DNA of 64,000 nt. Source: Escherichia coli. Lineage in GTDB: Bacteria; Pseudomonadota; Gammaproteobacteria; Enterobacterales; Enterobacteriaceae. The notes under the pieces were generated by a model. It searched no databases. It had not been told where the DNA came from and saw nothing but the letters and a program-made list of their open reading frames with translations. The position numbers and the translations under genes are program-made. Shown here in pieces: positions 9,794 to 20,608 of this stretch (position 1 is its first letter; each line of letters begins with the position of its first letter). The stretch is from assembly GCF_030013595.1 (NCBI RefSeq), contig NZ_CP122768.1. One strand, written 5' to 3'.

Positions 9794-11647
9794 ATGAGAC
9801 GATTTCTGACGACGCTGATGATACTCCTGGTCGTGCTGGTGGCCGGGTTATCTGCGTTAGTGTTGCTGGTGAATCCGAATGATTTCCGCGACTATATGGT
9901 CAAGCAAGTTGCTGCACGTAGCGGTTATCAATTGCAGCTCGACGGGCCACTGCGTTGGCACGTCTGGCCGCAGCTTAGTATCCTCTCCGGGCGAATGTCT
10001 CTCACCGCCCAGGGCGCAAGCCAGCCACTGGTTCGCGCCGACAACATGCGTCTGGACGTGGCGCTTTTACCACTACTGAGTCATCAACTGAGCGTTAAGC
10101 AGGTGATGCTAAAAGGGGCAGTGATCCAACTGACGCCGCAGACGGAAGCGGTGCGCAGTGAAGACGCTCCGGTTGCACCGCGCGACAATACCTTGCCGGA
10201 TCTGTCAGACGATCGCGGATGGTCGTTTGATATATCCAGTCTTAAGGTGGCGGACAGCGTGCTGGTGTTCCAGCATGAAGATGACGAGCAGGTGACAATC
10301 CGCAATATTCGCCTGCAAATGGAACAAGATCCCCAACATCGTGGTTCATTTGAGTTCTCCGGGCGGGTTAATCGCGATCAGCGCGATCTCACGATATCCC
10401 TTAACGGTACGGTAGATGCTTCTGATTATCCGCATGATTTAACGGCGGCTATTGAACAAATTAACTGGCAGTTGCAGGGTGCCGATTTACCAAAACAAGG
10501 TATTCAGGGGCAGGGGAGTTTCCAGGCCCAGTGGCAGGAGTCACATAAACGCCTTTCATTTAACCAAATTAGTTTGACCGCCAATGATAGTACGCTAAGC
10601 GGGCAAGCACAGGTTACGCTGACAGAGAAACCGGAATGGCAGCTGAGGCTGCAATTCCCGCAACTGAATCTTGACAACCTCATCCCGCTTAATGAAACCG
10701 CGAATGGTGAAAACGGTGCCGCGCAGCAGGGGCAGAGCCAATCAACGTTGCCGCGCCCGGTCATTTCTTCGCGTATTGATGAACCGGCCTATCAGGGACT
10801 GCAAGGCTTTACGGCTGATATTTTGTTGCAGGCCAGTAACGTGCGCTGGCGCGGAATGAATTTTACAGATGTTGCCACGCAAATGACCAACAAGTCGGGT
10901 TTGCTGGAAATTACTCAACTGCAGGGCAAACTTAACGGTGGACAGGTTTCACTGCCGGGCACGCTGGACGCGACATCAATAAATCCGCGGATAAACTTCC
11001 AGCCACGGCTGGAAAACGTTGAGATTGGTACCATTCTGAAGGCGTTTAACTATCCGATTTCGTTGACCGGAAAAATGTCACTGGCTGGTGATTTCTCCGG
11101 TGCTGACATAGATGCCGACGCATTCCGCCACAACTGGCAAGGACAGGCACATGTCGAAATGACCGACACGCGCATGGAAGGGATGAACTTCCAGCAGATG
11201 ATTCAGCAAGCGGTAGAGCGTAATGGCGGTGATGTGAAGGCCGCTGAAAACTTTGATAACGTGACGCGGCTTGACCGCTTTACCACCGATTTGACGTTGA
11301 AGGATGGCGTCGTGACGTTAAACGACATGCAAGGTCAATCGCCTGTGCTGGCGCTGACAGGGGAAGGCATGTTGAATCTGGCAGATCAAACCTGCGACAC
11401 CCAGTTTGATATTCGGGTCGTGGGTGGCTGGAACGGGGAAAGCAAACTGATTGATTTCCTGAAAGAAACGCCAGTACCGCTGCGGGTTTATGGCAACTGG
11501 CAGCAACTCAATTACAGCCTGCAAGTGGATCAGTTACTGCGCAAACATCTACAGGACGAAGCGAAACGTCGCCTGAATGACTGGGCCGAGCGGAATAAAG
11601 ATTCCCGTAATGGCAAAGATGTGAAGAAGTTGCTTGAGAAGATGTAG
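9794..11647 (+). CDS. asmA: Outer-membrane-protein assembly factor AsmA
   Basis: 617 aa ORF with N-terminal membrane anchor MRRFLTTLMILLVVLVAGLSALVLLV; synteny dcd-asmA. Confidence 0.9.
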   Translation: MRRFLTTLMILLVVLVAGLSALVLLVNPNDFRDYMVKQVAARSGYQLQLDGPLRWHVWPQLSILSGRMSLTAQGASQPLVRADNMRLDVALLPLLSHQLSVKQVMLKGAVIQLTPQTEAVRSEDAPVAPRDNTLPDLSDDRGWSFDISSLKVADSVLVFQHEDDEQVTIRNIRLQMEQDPQHRGSFEFSGRVNRDQRDLTISLNGTVDASDYPHDLTAAIEQINWQLQGADLPKQGIQGQGSFQAQWQESHKRLSFNQISLTANDSTLSGQAQVTLTEKPEWQLRLQFPQLNLDNLIPLNETANGENGAAQQGQSQSTLPRPVISSRIDEPAYQGLQGFTADILLQASNVRWRGMNFTDVATQMTNKSGLLEITQLQGKLNGGQVSLPGTLDATSINPRINFQPRLENVEIGTILKAFNYPISLTGKMSLAGDFSGADIDADAFRHNWQGQAHVEMTDTRMEGMNFQQMIQQAVERNGGDVKAAENFDNVTRLDRFTTDLTLKDGVVTLNDMQGQSPVLALTGEGMLNLADQTCDTQFDIRVVGGWNGESKLIDFLKETPVPLRVYGNWQQLNYSLQVDQLLRKHLQDEAKRRLNDWAERNKDSRNGKDVKKLLEKM

Positions 11648-11667
11648 GTTACCAGGTGACCAGTCCT

Positions 11668-11704
11668 GTAGGCCTGATAAGACGCGTAAAGCGTCGCATC
11701 AGGC
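11668..11704. repeat. REP element downstream of asmA
   Basis: gtaggcctgataagacgcgtaaagcgtcgcatcaggc, same palindromic unit as at 4771 and in the BIME arrays. Confidence 0.8.
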
Positions 11705-11939
11705 GTTCGTGGCGGCATCATTATATTCTGAATATGTAAGATCGAAGGCTGTTCCGTTCACTTGATGTTCCTCGTTACTATGGAACGCTCAAGCCGGTGA
11801 ACGTGCCAGGGTGGCTCAATCGCCACCACCCTGGCAACCCGGGCCCACACCCCCGCTGTGATGTCCATGTACCACAGACAACGCTTCATTGCTGAAGTTA
11901 TAAGGCGTTACGCAGCATCGGGTAAAATGACCGATACCA

Positions 11940-13523
11940 TCACACCTCGTACTCCATCTCGCCATCCTTACGCAGCGGTATAATCTGCACCTTCTGCACG
12001 CGATGGCTTTCTACCTGCAACGTTTTAAGCAAATAATCCCCCACCTGAACTTCTTCGCCAGGTTTTGGAATACGCTGCAAATACTCCATCAACAGCCCGG
12101 CAATGGTGTGATATTCACGTTTTTCATCCAGCGGCAGCGGCACATATTGCACCAGATCCTCCAGCGGCATATGACCATTCGCCGTCCAGGAACCGTCCGC
12201 ATTCTTCTGAATATCATGGCGGGCGTCGATCTCTTCCACTTCGTTCGGTAAGTTACCGGCAATGGTTTCAGTGACGTCACTTAATGTCACAATCCCTTCC
12301 ACCGAGCCAAACTCATCCACCACAAAAGCAAAGTGCGTGCGGGCATTACGGAACTGCTCCAGGGCAGGTAACAACGGCAAGGTTTCCGGGAACACCAGCG
12401 GCTGGCGAATCAACACCCGCAGGTTGAGCGGTTCGCCGCGCAGAGACTGTTGTAGCAGGTCGATAACGTGAACAACACCGAGCAAATCTTCTGCGTCATC
12501 ACCGTCGGTAACCACCAGCCGCGTATGCTGATTTCGCTCCAGCAACTGGTGGATCTCGTCTTCCGGCGCGTTGAGATCGATATGCTCAATATCGTGGCGC
12601 GACGTCATAATGCTGCTGACGGTACGCTGGTTAAGATTTAGTACCCGCTCAATCATCCGCCGTTCCTGCGGATTAAAGATCTGCTGGTTACCATGATCCA
12701 CCAGCATGGACGCGGTTTCGGCGTCCAGTTCCGCATCTTCTTTTTGCCCGCTAAGCAGGCGCATTACCGCTTCGGTAGTCCGCTGGCGCAGCGTCTGGTT
12801 AGCGGAAAGAAAACGTCGCCGGTTAAAGATAGCCAACTGATTGAGCGCCTCGATCATCACCGAGAAACCAATGGCAGCGTACAGGTAGCCTTTCGGAATG
12901 ACGAAGCCGAAACCTTCTGCCACCAGGCTAAAGCCAATCATCAACAGGAAGCTTAAGCAGAGAATAACGATCGTCGGGTGACTGTTAACAAATTGCGTTA
13001 ACGGCTTGCTGGCCATCAACATCAGGCTGATAGCGATAACCACGGCGGCCATCATGACCAGTAAATGGTCGACCATCCCGACGGCGGTAATCACTGAGTC
13101 GAGTGAGAAAATGGCGTCCAGTACCACAATTTGCGTCACCACGCCCCAGAACTTCGCACCTTTGCGTTGTGTGGGATTATTGCTGTCTTTCCCTTCCAGC
13201 CGTTCGTTCAGCTCCATCGTGGCTTTGAACAACAGGAAGAAACCACCAAACAGCATGATTAAGTCGCGGGCACTAAAGGTAAACGAGCGGAAGCTGAACA
13301 GCGGTTGAGTCAGGGTGACCAGCCAGGAGATTGACGCCAGCAGTAACAGGCGCATTAACATTGCCAGCAGCAGCCCGGTAACCCGTGCGCGGTCACGCTG
13401 CTTCGGCGGTAGTTTTTCGGCGAGGATGGCAATAAAGACCAGGTTATCAATGCCGAGGACCAGTTCGATCACAATCAGCGTGATTAACCCGGCCCAGATA
13501 GACGGATCGGCAATCCATTCCAT
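11940..13523 (-). CDS. yegH: TerC-family membrane protein with CBS and CorC/HlyC transporter-associated domains
   Basis: ORF-track 549 aa trimmed to [34 protein letters not shown] (527 aa); TerC-like N-terminus, CBS-pair region. Confidence 0.85.
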   Translation of the reverse strand: MEWIADPSIWAGLITLIVIELVLGIDNLVFIAILAEKLPPKQRDRARVTGLLLAMLMRLLLLASISWLVTLTQPLFSFRSFTFSARDLIMLFGGFFLLFKATMELNERLEGKDSNNPTQRKGAKFWGVVTQIVVLDAIFSLDSVITAVGMVDHLLVMMAAVVIAISLMLMASKPLTQFVNSHPTIVILCLSFLLMIGFSLVAEGFGFVIPKGYLYAAIGFSVMIEALNQLAIFNRRRFLSANQTLRQRTTEAVMRLLSGQKEDAELDAETASMLVDHGNQQIFNPQERRMIERVLNLNQRTVSSIMTSRHDIEHIDLNAPEDEIHQLLERNQHTRLVVTDGDDAEDLLGVVHVIDLLQQSLRGEPLNLRVLIRQPLVFPETLPLLPALEQFRNARTHFAFVVDEFGSVEGIVTLSDVTETIAGNLPNEVEEIDARHDIQKNADGSWTANGHMPLEDLVQYVPLPLDEKREYHTIAGLLMEYLQRIPKPGEEVQVGDYLLKTLQVESHRVQKVQIIPLRKDGEMEYEV

Positions 13524-13684
13524 AGTAAGTACAAAACCTATTCGTTGTATGACAAATGTCACAATTCGATCATGGATAAATCGGGGCAAAAATGCAATGT
13601 TGCAGCACTATTTATCTCATATTATTTGAGGGTAATAACCTCACATTATCCCTGAATTAAAAGTGGTAATAATAAAACATTATT

Positions 13685-13698
13685 TAAGAAATATCGCA
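13685..13698 (+). promoter_or_regulatory. Candidate RcsAB box upstream of the cps promoter
   Basis: taagaaatatcgca resembles the RcsAB-box consensus (TaAGaatatTCctA) as I recall it; located in the AT-rich region upstream of wza. Match is partial. Confidence 0.3.
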
Positions 13699-13964
13699 TG
13701 TGGAGGCGCAATATTAAATATTGTCAACCTAAAGAAACTCCTAAAAACCATATTGAATGACACTTAATATAATTCTTAAAAATAGCCAATTGCCGAATTG
13801 TTACCTTGCCTGCTATTCCGTTAGCTGTAACACTTCCTCCTGCATTATTGGAGAGCCAATATTCAATTACCATAATGTCACCTTATATTCGGAAGTTAAT
13901 TTCCGCAATAACCCTTTCTCATCAACGATTGTATGCTGAGAGGGTGTGAAAAATTAAGCTAAAT

Positions 13965-14003
13965 CAGTGTATTGGTAGCTAAAAAGCCAGGGGCGGTAGC
14001 GTG
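13965..14003 (+). promoter_or_regulatory. JUMPStart element containing ops (RfaH recruitment site) in the wza leader
   Basis: cagtgtattggtagctaaaaagccaggggcggtagcgtg; contains GGCGGTAGCGTG; near-identical 39-bp element also at 40062. Confidence 0.85.
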
Positions 14004-14181
14004 TCTGGATGCCTGAAAGACCAGTCTGAATTATTCTGTCAATAGCCTGCGGATGAAATCAATTTTTTTAGGACTGATGCCAGTTAAATTTTTATTCAAT
14101 TAACTGCAAGGTAAATGTGCATGGCGACATTGCTATTAATAGTGCACAGGATAATTACTCTGCCAAAGTGATAAATAAACA

Positions 14182-15321
14182 ATGATGAAATCCAAAATGA
14201 AATTGATGCCATTATTGGTGTCAGTAACCTTGATAAGCGGTTGCACAGTACTTCCGGGCAGCAATATGTCGACGATGGGCAAAGACGTCATCAAACAGCA
14301 GGACGCTGATTTCGATCTCGACAAAATGGTGAATGTTTATCCGTTGACCCCGCGCCTGATTGACCAATTACGTCCACGACCCAACGTAGCGCGCCCCAAT
14401 ATGACGCTGGAAAGCGAGATCGCGAATTACCAGTATCGCGTCGGGCCGGGCGACGTTCTGAATGTCACCGTCTGGGATCACCCGGAACTCACCACGCCAG
14501 CCGGTCAGTACCGCAGCTCCAGTGACACCGGCAACTGGGTACAGCCTGACGGCACTATGTTTTACCCGTATATCGGCAAGGTTCACGTAGTCGGGAAAAC
14601 GCTCGCTGAAATCCGCAGTGATATTACCGGGCGCTTAGCGACGTACATCGCTGACCCGCAGGTGGACGTTAATATCGCCGCCTTCCGCTCACAAAAGGCC
14701 TATATCTCCGGACAGGTGAATAAATCCGGTCAACAGGCGATCACCAACGTACCACTGACCATTCTCGACGCCATCAACGCCGCAGGTGGCCTGACCGACA
14801 CCGCTGACTGGCGCAACGTGGTGCTAACACACAATGGTCGTGAAGAACGCATTTCTTTGCAGGCGCTGATGCAAAACGGCGACCTCAATCAGAACCGACT
14901 GCTTTATCCCGGCGATATTCTCTACGTGCCGCGTAATGATGATCTGAAAGTGTTTGTGATGGGTGAAGTGAAGAAACAGAGCACCCTGAAAATGGACTTT
15001 AGCGGCATGACCCTGACTGAAGCCCTGGGCAATGCCGAAGGTATCGACATGACCACCTCCAACGCCAGCGGCATCTTTGTCATTCGTCCGCTGAAAGGCG
15101 AGGGCGGGCGTAATGGCAAGATTGCCAATATCTACCAGCTGGATATGTCCGATGCGACGTCGCTGGTGATGGCGACAGAATTCCGCCTGCAACCTTATGA
15201 CGTGGTGTATGTCACCACCGCCCCGGTTTCCCGCTGGAACCGTCTGATCAATCAGTTGCTGCCAACTATTAGCGGTGTCCGTTACATGACGGATACAGCC
15301 AGCGACATTCATAACTGGTAA
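14182..15321 (+). CDS. wza: Colanic acid outer-membrane polysaccharide export lipoprotein
   Basis: 379 aa; lipoprotein signal [21 protein letters not shown]; first gene of cps cluster. Confidence 0.93.
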   Translation: MMKSKMKLMPLLVSVTLISGCTVLPGSNMSTMGKDVIKQQDADFDLDKMVNVYPLTPRLIDQLRPRPNVARPNMTLESEIANYQYRVGPGDVLNVTVWDHPELTTPAGQYRSSSDTGNWVQPDGTMFYPYIGKVHVVGKTLAEIRSDITGRLATYIADPQVDVNIAAFRSQKAYISGQVNKSGQQAITNVPLTILDAINAAGGLTDTADWRNVVLTHNGREERISLQALMQNGDLNQNRLLYPGDILYVPRNDDLKVFVMGEVKKQSTLKMDFSGMTLTEALGNAEGIDMTTSNASGIFVIRPLKGEGGRNGKIANIYQLDMSDATSLVMATEFRLQPYDVVYVTTAPVSRWNRLINQLLPTISGVRYMTDTASDIHNW

Positions 15322-15326
15322 TCGTC

Positions 15327-15770
15327 ATGTTTAACAACATATTAGTTGTCTGTGTCGGCAATATTTGCCGTTCCCCGACGGCGGAACGCTTACTGCAACG
15401 TTATCACCCGGAGCTGAAAGTGGAGTCCGCTGGACTCGGCGCGCTGGTCGGTAAGGGCGCTGATCCTACCGCTATCAGCGTCGCCGCAGAACATCAACTG
15501 TCTCTGGAAGGTCACTGTGCCCGTCAAATCAGCCGCCGTCTGTGTCGCAACTACGACCTGATTTTGACCATGGAAAAGCGCCATATCGAACGCTTATGCG
15601 AGATGGCACCCGAGATGCGCGGCAAAGTGATGCTGTTTGGTCACTGGGATAACGAATGTGAAATCCCCGATCCGTATCGCAAAAGCCGGGAAACGTTTGC
15701 AGCGGTGTACACATTACTTGAACGGTCTGCCCGCCAGTGGGCGCAGGCATTGAACGCAGAGCAGGTATAA
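15327..15770 (+). CDS. wzb: Low-molecular-weight protein-tyrosine phosphatase
   Basis: 147 aa; CVGNICRSP active-site P-loop (CX5R) at N-terminus. Confidence 0.93.
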   Translation: MFNNILVVCVGNICRSPTAERLLQRYHPELKVESAGLGALVGKGADPTAISVAAEHQLSLEGHCARQISRRLCRNYDLILTMEKRHIERLCEMAPEMRGKVMLFGHWDNECEIPDPYRKSRETFAAVYTLLERSARQWAQALNAEQV

Positions 15771-15772
15771 GA

Positions 15773-17935
15773 ATGACAGAAAAAGTAAAACAACATGCCG
15801 CTCCGGTAACGGGCAGTGATGAAATCGATATTGGTCGCCTGGTCGGTACAGTCATTGAAGCGCGCTGGTGGGTGATTGGCATCACCGCCGTATTTGCCCT
15901 CTGTGCTGTGGTTTACACCTTCTTCGCCACGCCGATTTATAGTGCCGACGCACTGGTACAAATCGAGCAAAACAGCGGCAATTCGTTAGTGCAGGACATT
16001 GGTTCGGCATTAGCCAATAAACCGCCAGCATCGGACGCCGAGATCCAGTTGATTCGTTCGCGTCTGGTGCTTGGTAAAACGGTGGACGATCTCGACCTCG
16101 ATATTGCGGTGAGCAAAAACACGTTCCCGATTTTCGGTGCGGGTTGGGATCGCCTGATGGGACGTCAGAACGAGACGGTGAAAGTGACCACCTTTAACCG
16201 CCCGAAAGAGATGGCGGACCAGGTGTTTACGCTTAATGTGCTGGATGACAAAAACTACACCCTGAGCAGCGACGGCGGCTTTAGCGCCCGGGGGCAAGCG
16301 GGCCAGATGCTGAAAAAAGAAGGCGTCACGCTGATGGTTGAAGCCATTCACGCCAGCCCGGGCAGTGAGTTTACCGTCACCAAATACTCCACGCTGGGGA
16401 TGATCAACCAACTGCAAAACAGCCTGACGGTAACGGAGAACGGCAAAGACGCTGGCGTTTTGAGCCTGACTTATACCGGTGAAGATCGTGAACAGATCCG
16501 CGACATTCTTAACAGCATCGCCCGTAACTATCAGGAACAAAATATTGAGCGCAAATCGGCGGAAGCGTCGAAAAGCCTCGCCTTCCTCGCGCAACAGTTA
16601 CCGGAAGTACGTAGCCGCTTGGATGTTGCCGAAAACAAACTGAATGCCTTCCGTCAGGATAAAGATTCTGTTGATCTGCCGCTGGAAGCGAAAGCGGTGC
16701 TCGATTCGATGGTGAACATCGACGCCCAGTTGAACGAACTGACCTTTAAAGAGGCGGAAATCTCCAAGCTGTACACCAAAGTTCACCCGGCGTACCGCAC
16801 GCTGCTGGAGAAACGTCAGGCGCTGGAAGACGAAAAAGCCAAACTTAACGGTCGCGTAACGGCGATGCCGAAAACCCAGCAGGAGATTGTCCGTCTGACC
16901 CGCGATGTCGAGTCTGGTCAGCAGGTCTATATGCAACTGCTGAATAAAGAGCAGGAGCTGAAAATCACCGAAGCCAGCACCGTCGGCGATGTGCGCATTG
17001 TTGACCCGGCAATCACTCAGCCTGGTGTGCTAAAACCGAAGAAAGGGCTGATTATCCTTGGGGCGATTATTCTTGGCCTGATGCTCTCTATCGTGGGTGT
17101 GCTGCTGCGCTCGTTGTTTAATCGCGGCATCGAAAGCCCGCAGGTGCTGGAAGAACACGGTATCAGCGTCTATGCCAGCATCCCGTTGTCGGAATGGCAG
17201 AAAGCGCGCGATAGCGTCAAAACCATCAAAGGGATTAAACGCTATAAACAGAGCCAGCTACTGGCGGTGGGGAATCCAACCGATCTGGCGATTGAAGCCA
17301 TCCGCAGTCTGCGTACCAGTCTGCACTTCGCGATGATGCAGGCGCAGAACAATGTGTTGATGATGACCGGGGTTAGCCCGTCAATCGGTAAAACCTTTGT
17401 CTGCGCCAACCTGGCGGCGGTGATCAGCCAGACCAATAAACGCGTGTTGTTGATCGACTGCGATATGCGCAAAGGCTACACCCACGAGCTGTTGGGCACC
17501 AATAACGTCAATGGCCTGTCGGAAATTCTGATTGGTCAGGGCGATATTACTACCGCAGCTAAACCGACCTCTATTGCCAAATTTGACCTGATCCCGCGCG
17601 GTCAGGTGCCGCCAAATCCTTCTGAACTGTTGATGAGCGAACGCTTTGCCGAACTGGTGAACTGGGCGAGTAAAAACTATGACCTGGTGTTGATTGATAC
17701 GCCGCCGATTCTGGCAGTGACCGATGCGGCAATTGTTGGTCGTCACGCTGGAACCACGTTAATGGTGGCGCGTTATGCGGTCAACACCTTGAAAGAAGTG
17801 GAAACCAGTCTGAGCCGCTTTGAGCAAAACGGTATTCCGGTGAAAGGGGTGATTCTGAACTCCATCTTCCGCCGCGCCAGCGCGTATCAGGATTATGGCT
17901 ATTACGAATACGAATATAAGTCGGACGCGAAATAA
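15773..17935 (+). CDS. wzc: Tyrosine autokinase / polysaccharide co-polymerase
   Basis: ORF-track ORF trimmed to MTEKVKQHAAPVTGSDEIDIG (720 aa); Walker A GVSPSIGKT; C-terminal tyrosine-rich tail YQDYGYYEYEYKSDAK. Confidence 0.92.
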   Translation: MTEKVKQHAAPVTGSDEIDIGRLVGTVIEARWWVIGITAVFALCAVVYTFFATPIYSADALVQIEQNSGNSLVQDIGSALANKPPASDAEIQLIRSRLVLGKTVDDLDLDIAVSKNTFPIFGAGWDRLMGRQNETVKVTTFNRPKEMADQVFTLNVLDDKNYTLSSDGGFSARGQAGQMLKKEGVTLMVEAIHASPGSEFTVTKYSTLGMINQLQNSLTVTENGKDAGVLSLTYTGEDREQIRDILNSIARNYQEQNIERKSAEASKSLAFLAQQLPEVRSRLDVAENKLNAFRQDKDSVDLPLEAKAVLDSMVNIDAQLNELTFKEAEISKLYTKVHPAYRTLLEKRQALEDEKAKLNGRVTAMPKTQQEIVRLTRDVESGQQVYMQLLNKEQELKITEASTVGDVRIVDPAITQPGVLKPKKGLIILGAIILGLMLSIVGVLLRSLFNRGIESPQVLEEHGISVYASIPLSEWQKARDSVKTIKGIKRYKQSQLLAVGNPTDLAIEAIRSLRTSLHFAMMQAQNNVLMMTGVSPSIGKTFVCANLAAVISQTNKRVLLIDCDMRKGYTHELLGTNNVNGLSEILIGQGDITTAAKPTSIAKFDLIPRGQVPPNPSELLMSERFAELVNWASKNYDLVLIDTPPILAVTDAAIVGRHAGTTLMVARYAVNTLKEVETSLSRFEQNGIPVKGVILNSIFRRASAYQDYGYYEYEYKSDAK

Positions 17936-17944
17936 CGAGATCCG

Positions 17945-18001
17945 CTGTCGGATGCGATGCTGACGCATCTTATCCGACTTACGCTCACGCCGCATCCGGC
18001 A
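17945..18001. repeat. REP-like palindromic element between wzc and wcaA
   Basis: gtcggatgcgatgctgacgcatcttatccgac ... gccgcatccggc. Confidence 0.6.
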
Positions 18002-18063
18002 ACAGAACCCGTAAACAAGCTTATAAACCGGCAGAACATCTCGACACTCCGGGAGAACAACCT

Positions 18064-18903
18064 ATGAAAGACAATCCGCTGATCTCAATCTATATGCCGA
18101 CCTGGAACCGCCAACAACTGGCGATTCGGGCAATAAAATCGGTTTTGCGCCAGGACTACAGCAACTGGGAGATGATCATCGTGGATGATTGCTCCACCTC
18201 CTGGGAACAACTGCAACAGTACGTCACTGCCCTCAACGATCCGCGTATTACCTACATTCACAACGACATTAACAGCGGGGCGTGCGCGGTACGTAACCAG
18301 GCGATTATGCTGGCGCAAGGGGAATACATCACCGGGATCGATGATGATGATGAATGGACACCCAACCGTCTGAGCGTCTTCCTCGCCCATAAACAGCAAC
18401 TGGTCACTCACGCCTTTTTGTACGCTAACGACTACGTTTGCCAGGGCGAAGTCTATTCCCAACCAGCAAGTTTGCCGCTATATCCCAAATCGCCGTATTC
18501 ACGCCGCCTGTTCTACAAACGCAATATCATTGGCAACCAGGTCTTTACCTGGGCATGGCGTTTCAAAGAGTGTTTGTTCGATACCGAACTGAAAGCGGCA
18601 CAGGATTACGACATCTTCCTGCGGATGGTGGTGGAGTACGGCGAACCGTGGAAAGTAGAAGAGGCGACGCAGATCCTGCATATCAATCACGGTGAAATGC
18701 AGATCACCTCGTCACCGAAAAAATTCTCCGGATACTTCCACTTTTACCGCAAGCACAAAGACAAATTCGACCGTGCCAGTAAAAAATATCAGCTGTTTAC
18801 CCTCTACCAGATCCGCAATAAACGTATGACCTGGCGCACTTTGCTGACGCTGCTGTCGGTGCGTAACGGCAAACGTCTGGCTGATGGTATTCGGGGGCGC
18901 TAA
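18064..18903 (+). CDS. wcaA: Colanic acid glycosyltransferase (GT2)
   Basis: 279 aa; ISIYMPTWNRQQLAIRAIKSVLRQ, DDCS and DDDDE motifs typical of GT2. Confidence 0.9.
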   Translation: MKDNPLISIYMPTWNRQQLAIRAIKSVLRQDYSNWEMIIVDDCSTSWEQLQQYVTALNDPRITYIHNDINSGACAVRNQAIMLAQGEYITGIDDDDEWTPNRLSVFLAHKQQLVTHAFLYANDYVCQGEVYSQPASLPLYPKSPYSRRLFYKRNIIGNQVFTWAWRFKECLFDTELKAAQDYDIFLRMVVEYGEPWKVEEATQILHINHGEMQITSSPKKFSGYFHFYRKHKDKFDRASKKYQLFTLYQIRNKRMTWRTLLTLLSVRNGKRLADGIRGR

Positions 18904-18905
18904 AG

Positions 18906-19394
18906 ATGCTGGAAGATCTACGCGCCAACAGCTGGAGTTTACGCCCGTGCTGCATGGTTCTTGCCTATCGCGTCGCTCATTTTTGTTCGGTGTGGCGCAA
19001 AAAGAACGTTCTCAACAATCTGTGGGCGGCCCCGCTGCTGGTGCTGTATCGCATTATCACCGAATGCTTTTTCGGTTATGAAATCCAGGCTGCCGCGACC
19101 ATTGGCCGCCGCTTTACTATCCATCACGGTTACGCCGTAGTGATCAATAAAAACGTGGTAGCGGGGGATGATTTCACCATTCGCCACGGCGTCACTATCG
19201 GCAATCGGGGGGCCGATAACATGGCATGTCCACACATTGGCAACGGCGTCGAACTCGGTGCCAACGTCATTATTCTTGGTGATATCACGCTTGGTAACAA
19301 CGTCACCGTGGGCGCGGGCAGCGTGGTGCTCGACTCTGTCCCGGACAACGCGCTGGTGGTGGGAGAAAAAGCGCGAGTGAAGGTAATTAAATGA
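18906..19394 (+). CDS. wcaB: Colanic acid acetyltransferase (hexapeptide-repeat)
   Basis: 162 aa; left-handed beta-helix repeats (IGNGVELGANVIILGDITLGNNVTVGAGS). Confidence 0.9.
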   Translation: MLEDLRANSWSLRPCCMVLAYRVAHFCSVWRKKNVLNNLWAAPLLVLYRIITECFFGYEIQAAATIGRRFTIHHGYAVVINKNVVAGDDFTIRHGVTIGNRGADNMACPHIGNGVELGANVIILGDITLGNNVTVGAGSVVLDSVPDNALVVGEKARVKVIK

Positions 19395-20608
19395 ATATTT
19401 TGCAATTTAATGTGCGACTGGCGGAAGGCGGGGCAGCAGGTGTGGCGTTAGATCTCCACCAGCGTGCGCTGCAACAGGGGCTGGCGTCACATTTTGTCTA
19501 CGGTTACGGCAAAGGCGGCAAAGAGAGCGTCAGCCATCAGAACTATCCGCAGGTCATCAAACATACGCCGCGGATGACCGCGATGGCGAATATTGCTCTG
19601 TTTCGTCTGTTTAATCGCGATCTGTTTGGCAATTTCAATGAGTTATATCGCACCATTACTCGCACAGCGGGTCCGGTGGTCCTGCATTTTCATGTGCTGC
19701 ACAGCTACTGGCTAAATCTTAAGAGCGTGGTGCGCTTTTGCGAAAAAGTGAAAAACCATAAACCGGACGTCACTCTGGTCTGGACGCTGCACGACCACTG
19801 GAGTGTTACCGGACGCTGCGCCTTTACCGACGGTTGCGAAGGCTGGAAAACAGGCTGCCAGAAATGCCCGACCTTAAATAACTATCCGCCGGTGAAGATT
19901 GATCGCGCACACCAACTGGTGGCGGGCAAACGCCAGTTATTCCGTGAGATGCTGGCGCTGGGCTGTCAGTTTATTTCCCCCAGCCAGCATGTGGCTGACG
20001 CTTTCAATAGCCTGTACGGTCCAGGGCGTTGCCGGATTATCAATAATGGCATTGATATGGCAACTGAAGCGATTCTGGCGGACTTGCCTCCGGTGCGCGA
20101 AACCCAGGGCAAGCCGAAAATCGCGGTGGTGGCGCATGATCTGCGTTACGACGGCAAAACTAACCAGCAACTGGTACGCGAGATGATGGCGCTGGGCGAC
20201 AAAATTGAACTGCATACCTTTGGTAAGTTCTCGCCGTTCACCGCTGGCAACGTGGTTAATCACGGCTTTGAAACCGACAAACGTAAGCTGATGAGCGCGC
20301 TCAATCAGATGGATGCGCTGGTATTCAGTTCTCGCGTCGATAACTACCCGCTGATTTTGTGTGAGGCGCTATCGATTGGCGTGCCGGTGATTGCCACCCA
20401 TAGCGATGCGGCGCGGGAAGTGTTGCAAAAATCCGGCGGTAAAACCGTCAGCGAAGAAGAGGTGCTGCAACTGGTGCAGTTAAGCAAACCGGAAATCGCG
20501 CAGGCGATATTTGGTACCACGCTGGCTGAGTTCAGCCAACGCAGCCGTGCCGCTTACAGTGGACAACAGATGCTGGAGGAGTATGTCAACTTCTATCAGA
20601 ATCTGTAG
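19391..20608 (+). CDS. wcaC: Colanic acid glycosyltransferase (GT4-like)
   Basis: 405 aa; start overlaps wcaB stop (ATGA); synteny. Confidence 0.9.
   Translation: MNILQFNVRLAEGGAAGVALDLHQRALQQGLASHFVYGYGKGGKESVSHQNYPQVIKHTPRMTAMANIALFRLFNRDLFGNFNELYRTITRTAGPVVLHFHVLHSYWLNLKSVVRFCEKVKNHKPDVTLVWTLHDHWSVTGRCAFTDGCEGWKTGCQKCPTLNNYPPVKIDRAHQLVAGKRQLFREMLALGCQFISPSQHVADAFNSLYGPGRCRIINNGIDMATEAILADLPPVRETQGKPKIAVVAHDLRYDGKTNQQLVREMMALGDKIELHTFGKFSPFTAGNVVNHGFETDKRKLMSALNQMDALVFSSRVDNYPLILCEALSIGVPVIATHSDAAREVLQKSGGKTVSEEEVLQLVQLSKPEIAQAIFGTTLAEFSQRSRAAYSGQQMLEEYVNFYQNL

Noticed and set aside
13757-13939. 60-aa ORF in the wza upstream region
   Set aside because: AT-rich low-complexity translation with no RBS; it lies in the known long cps leader/promoter region.
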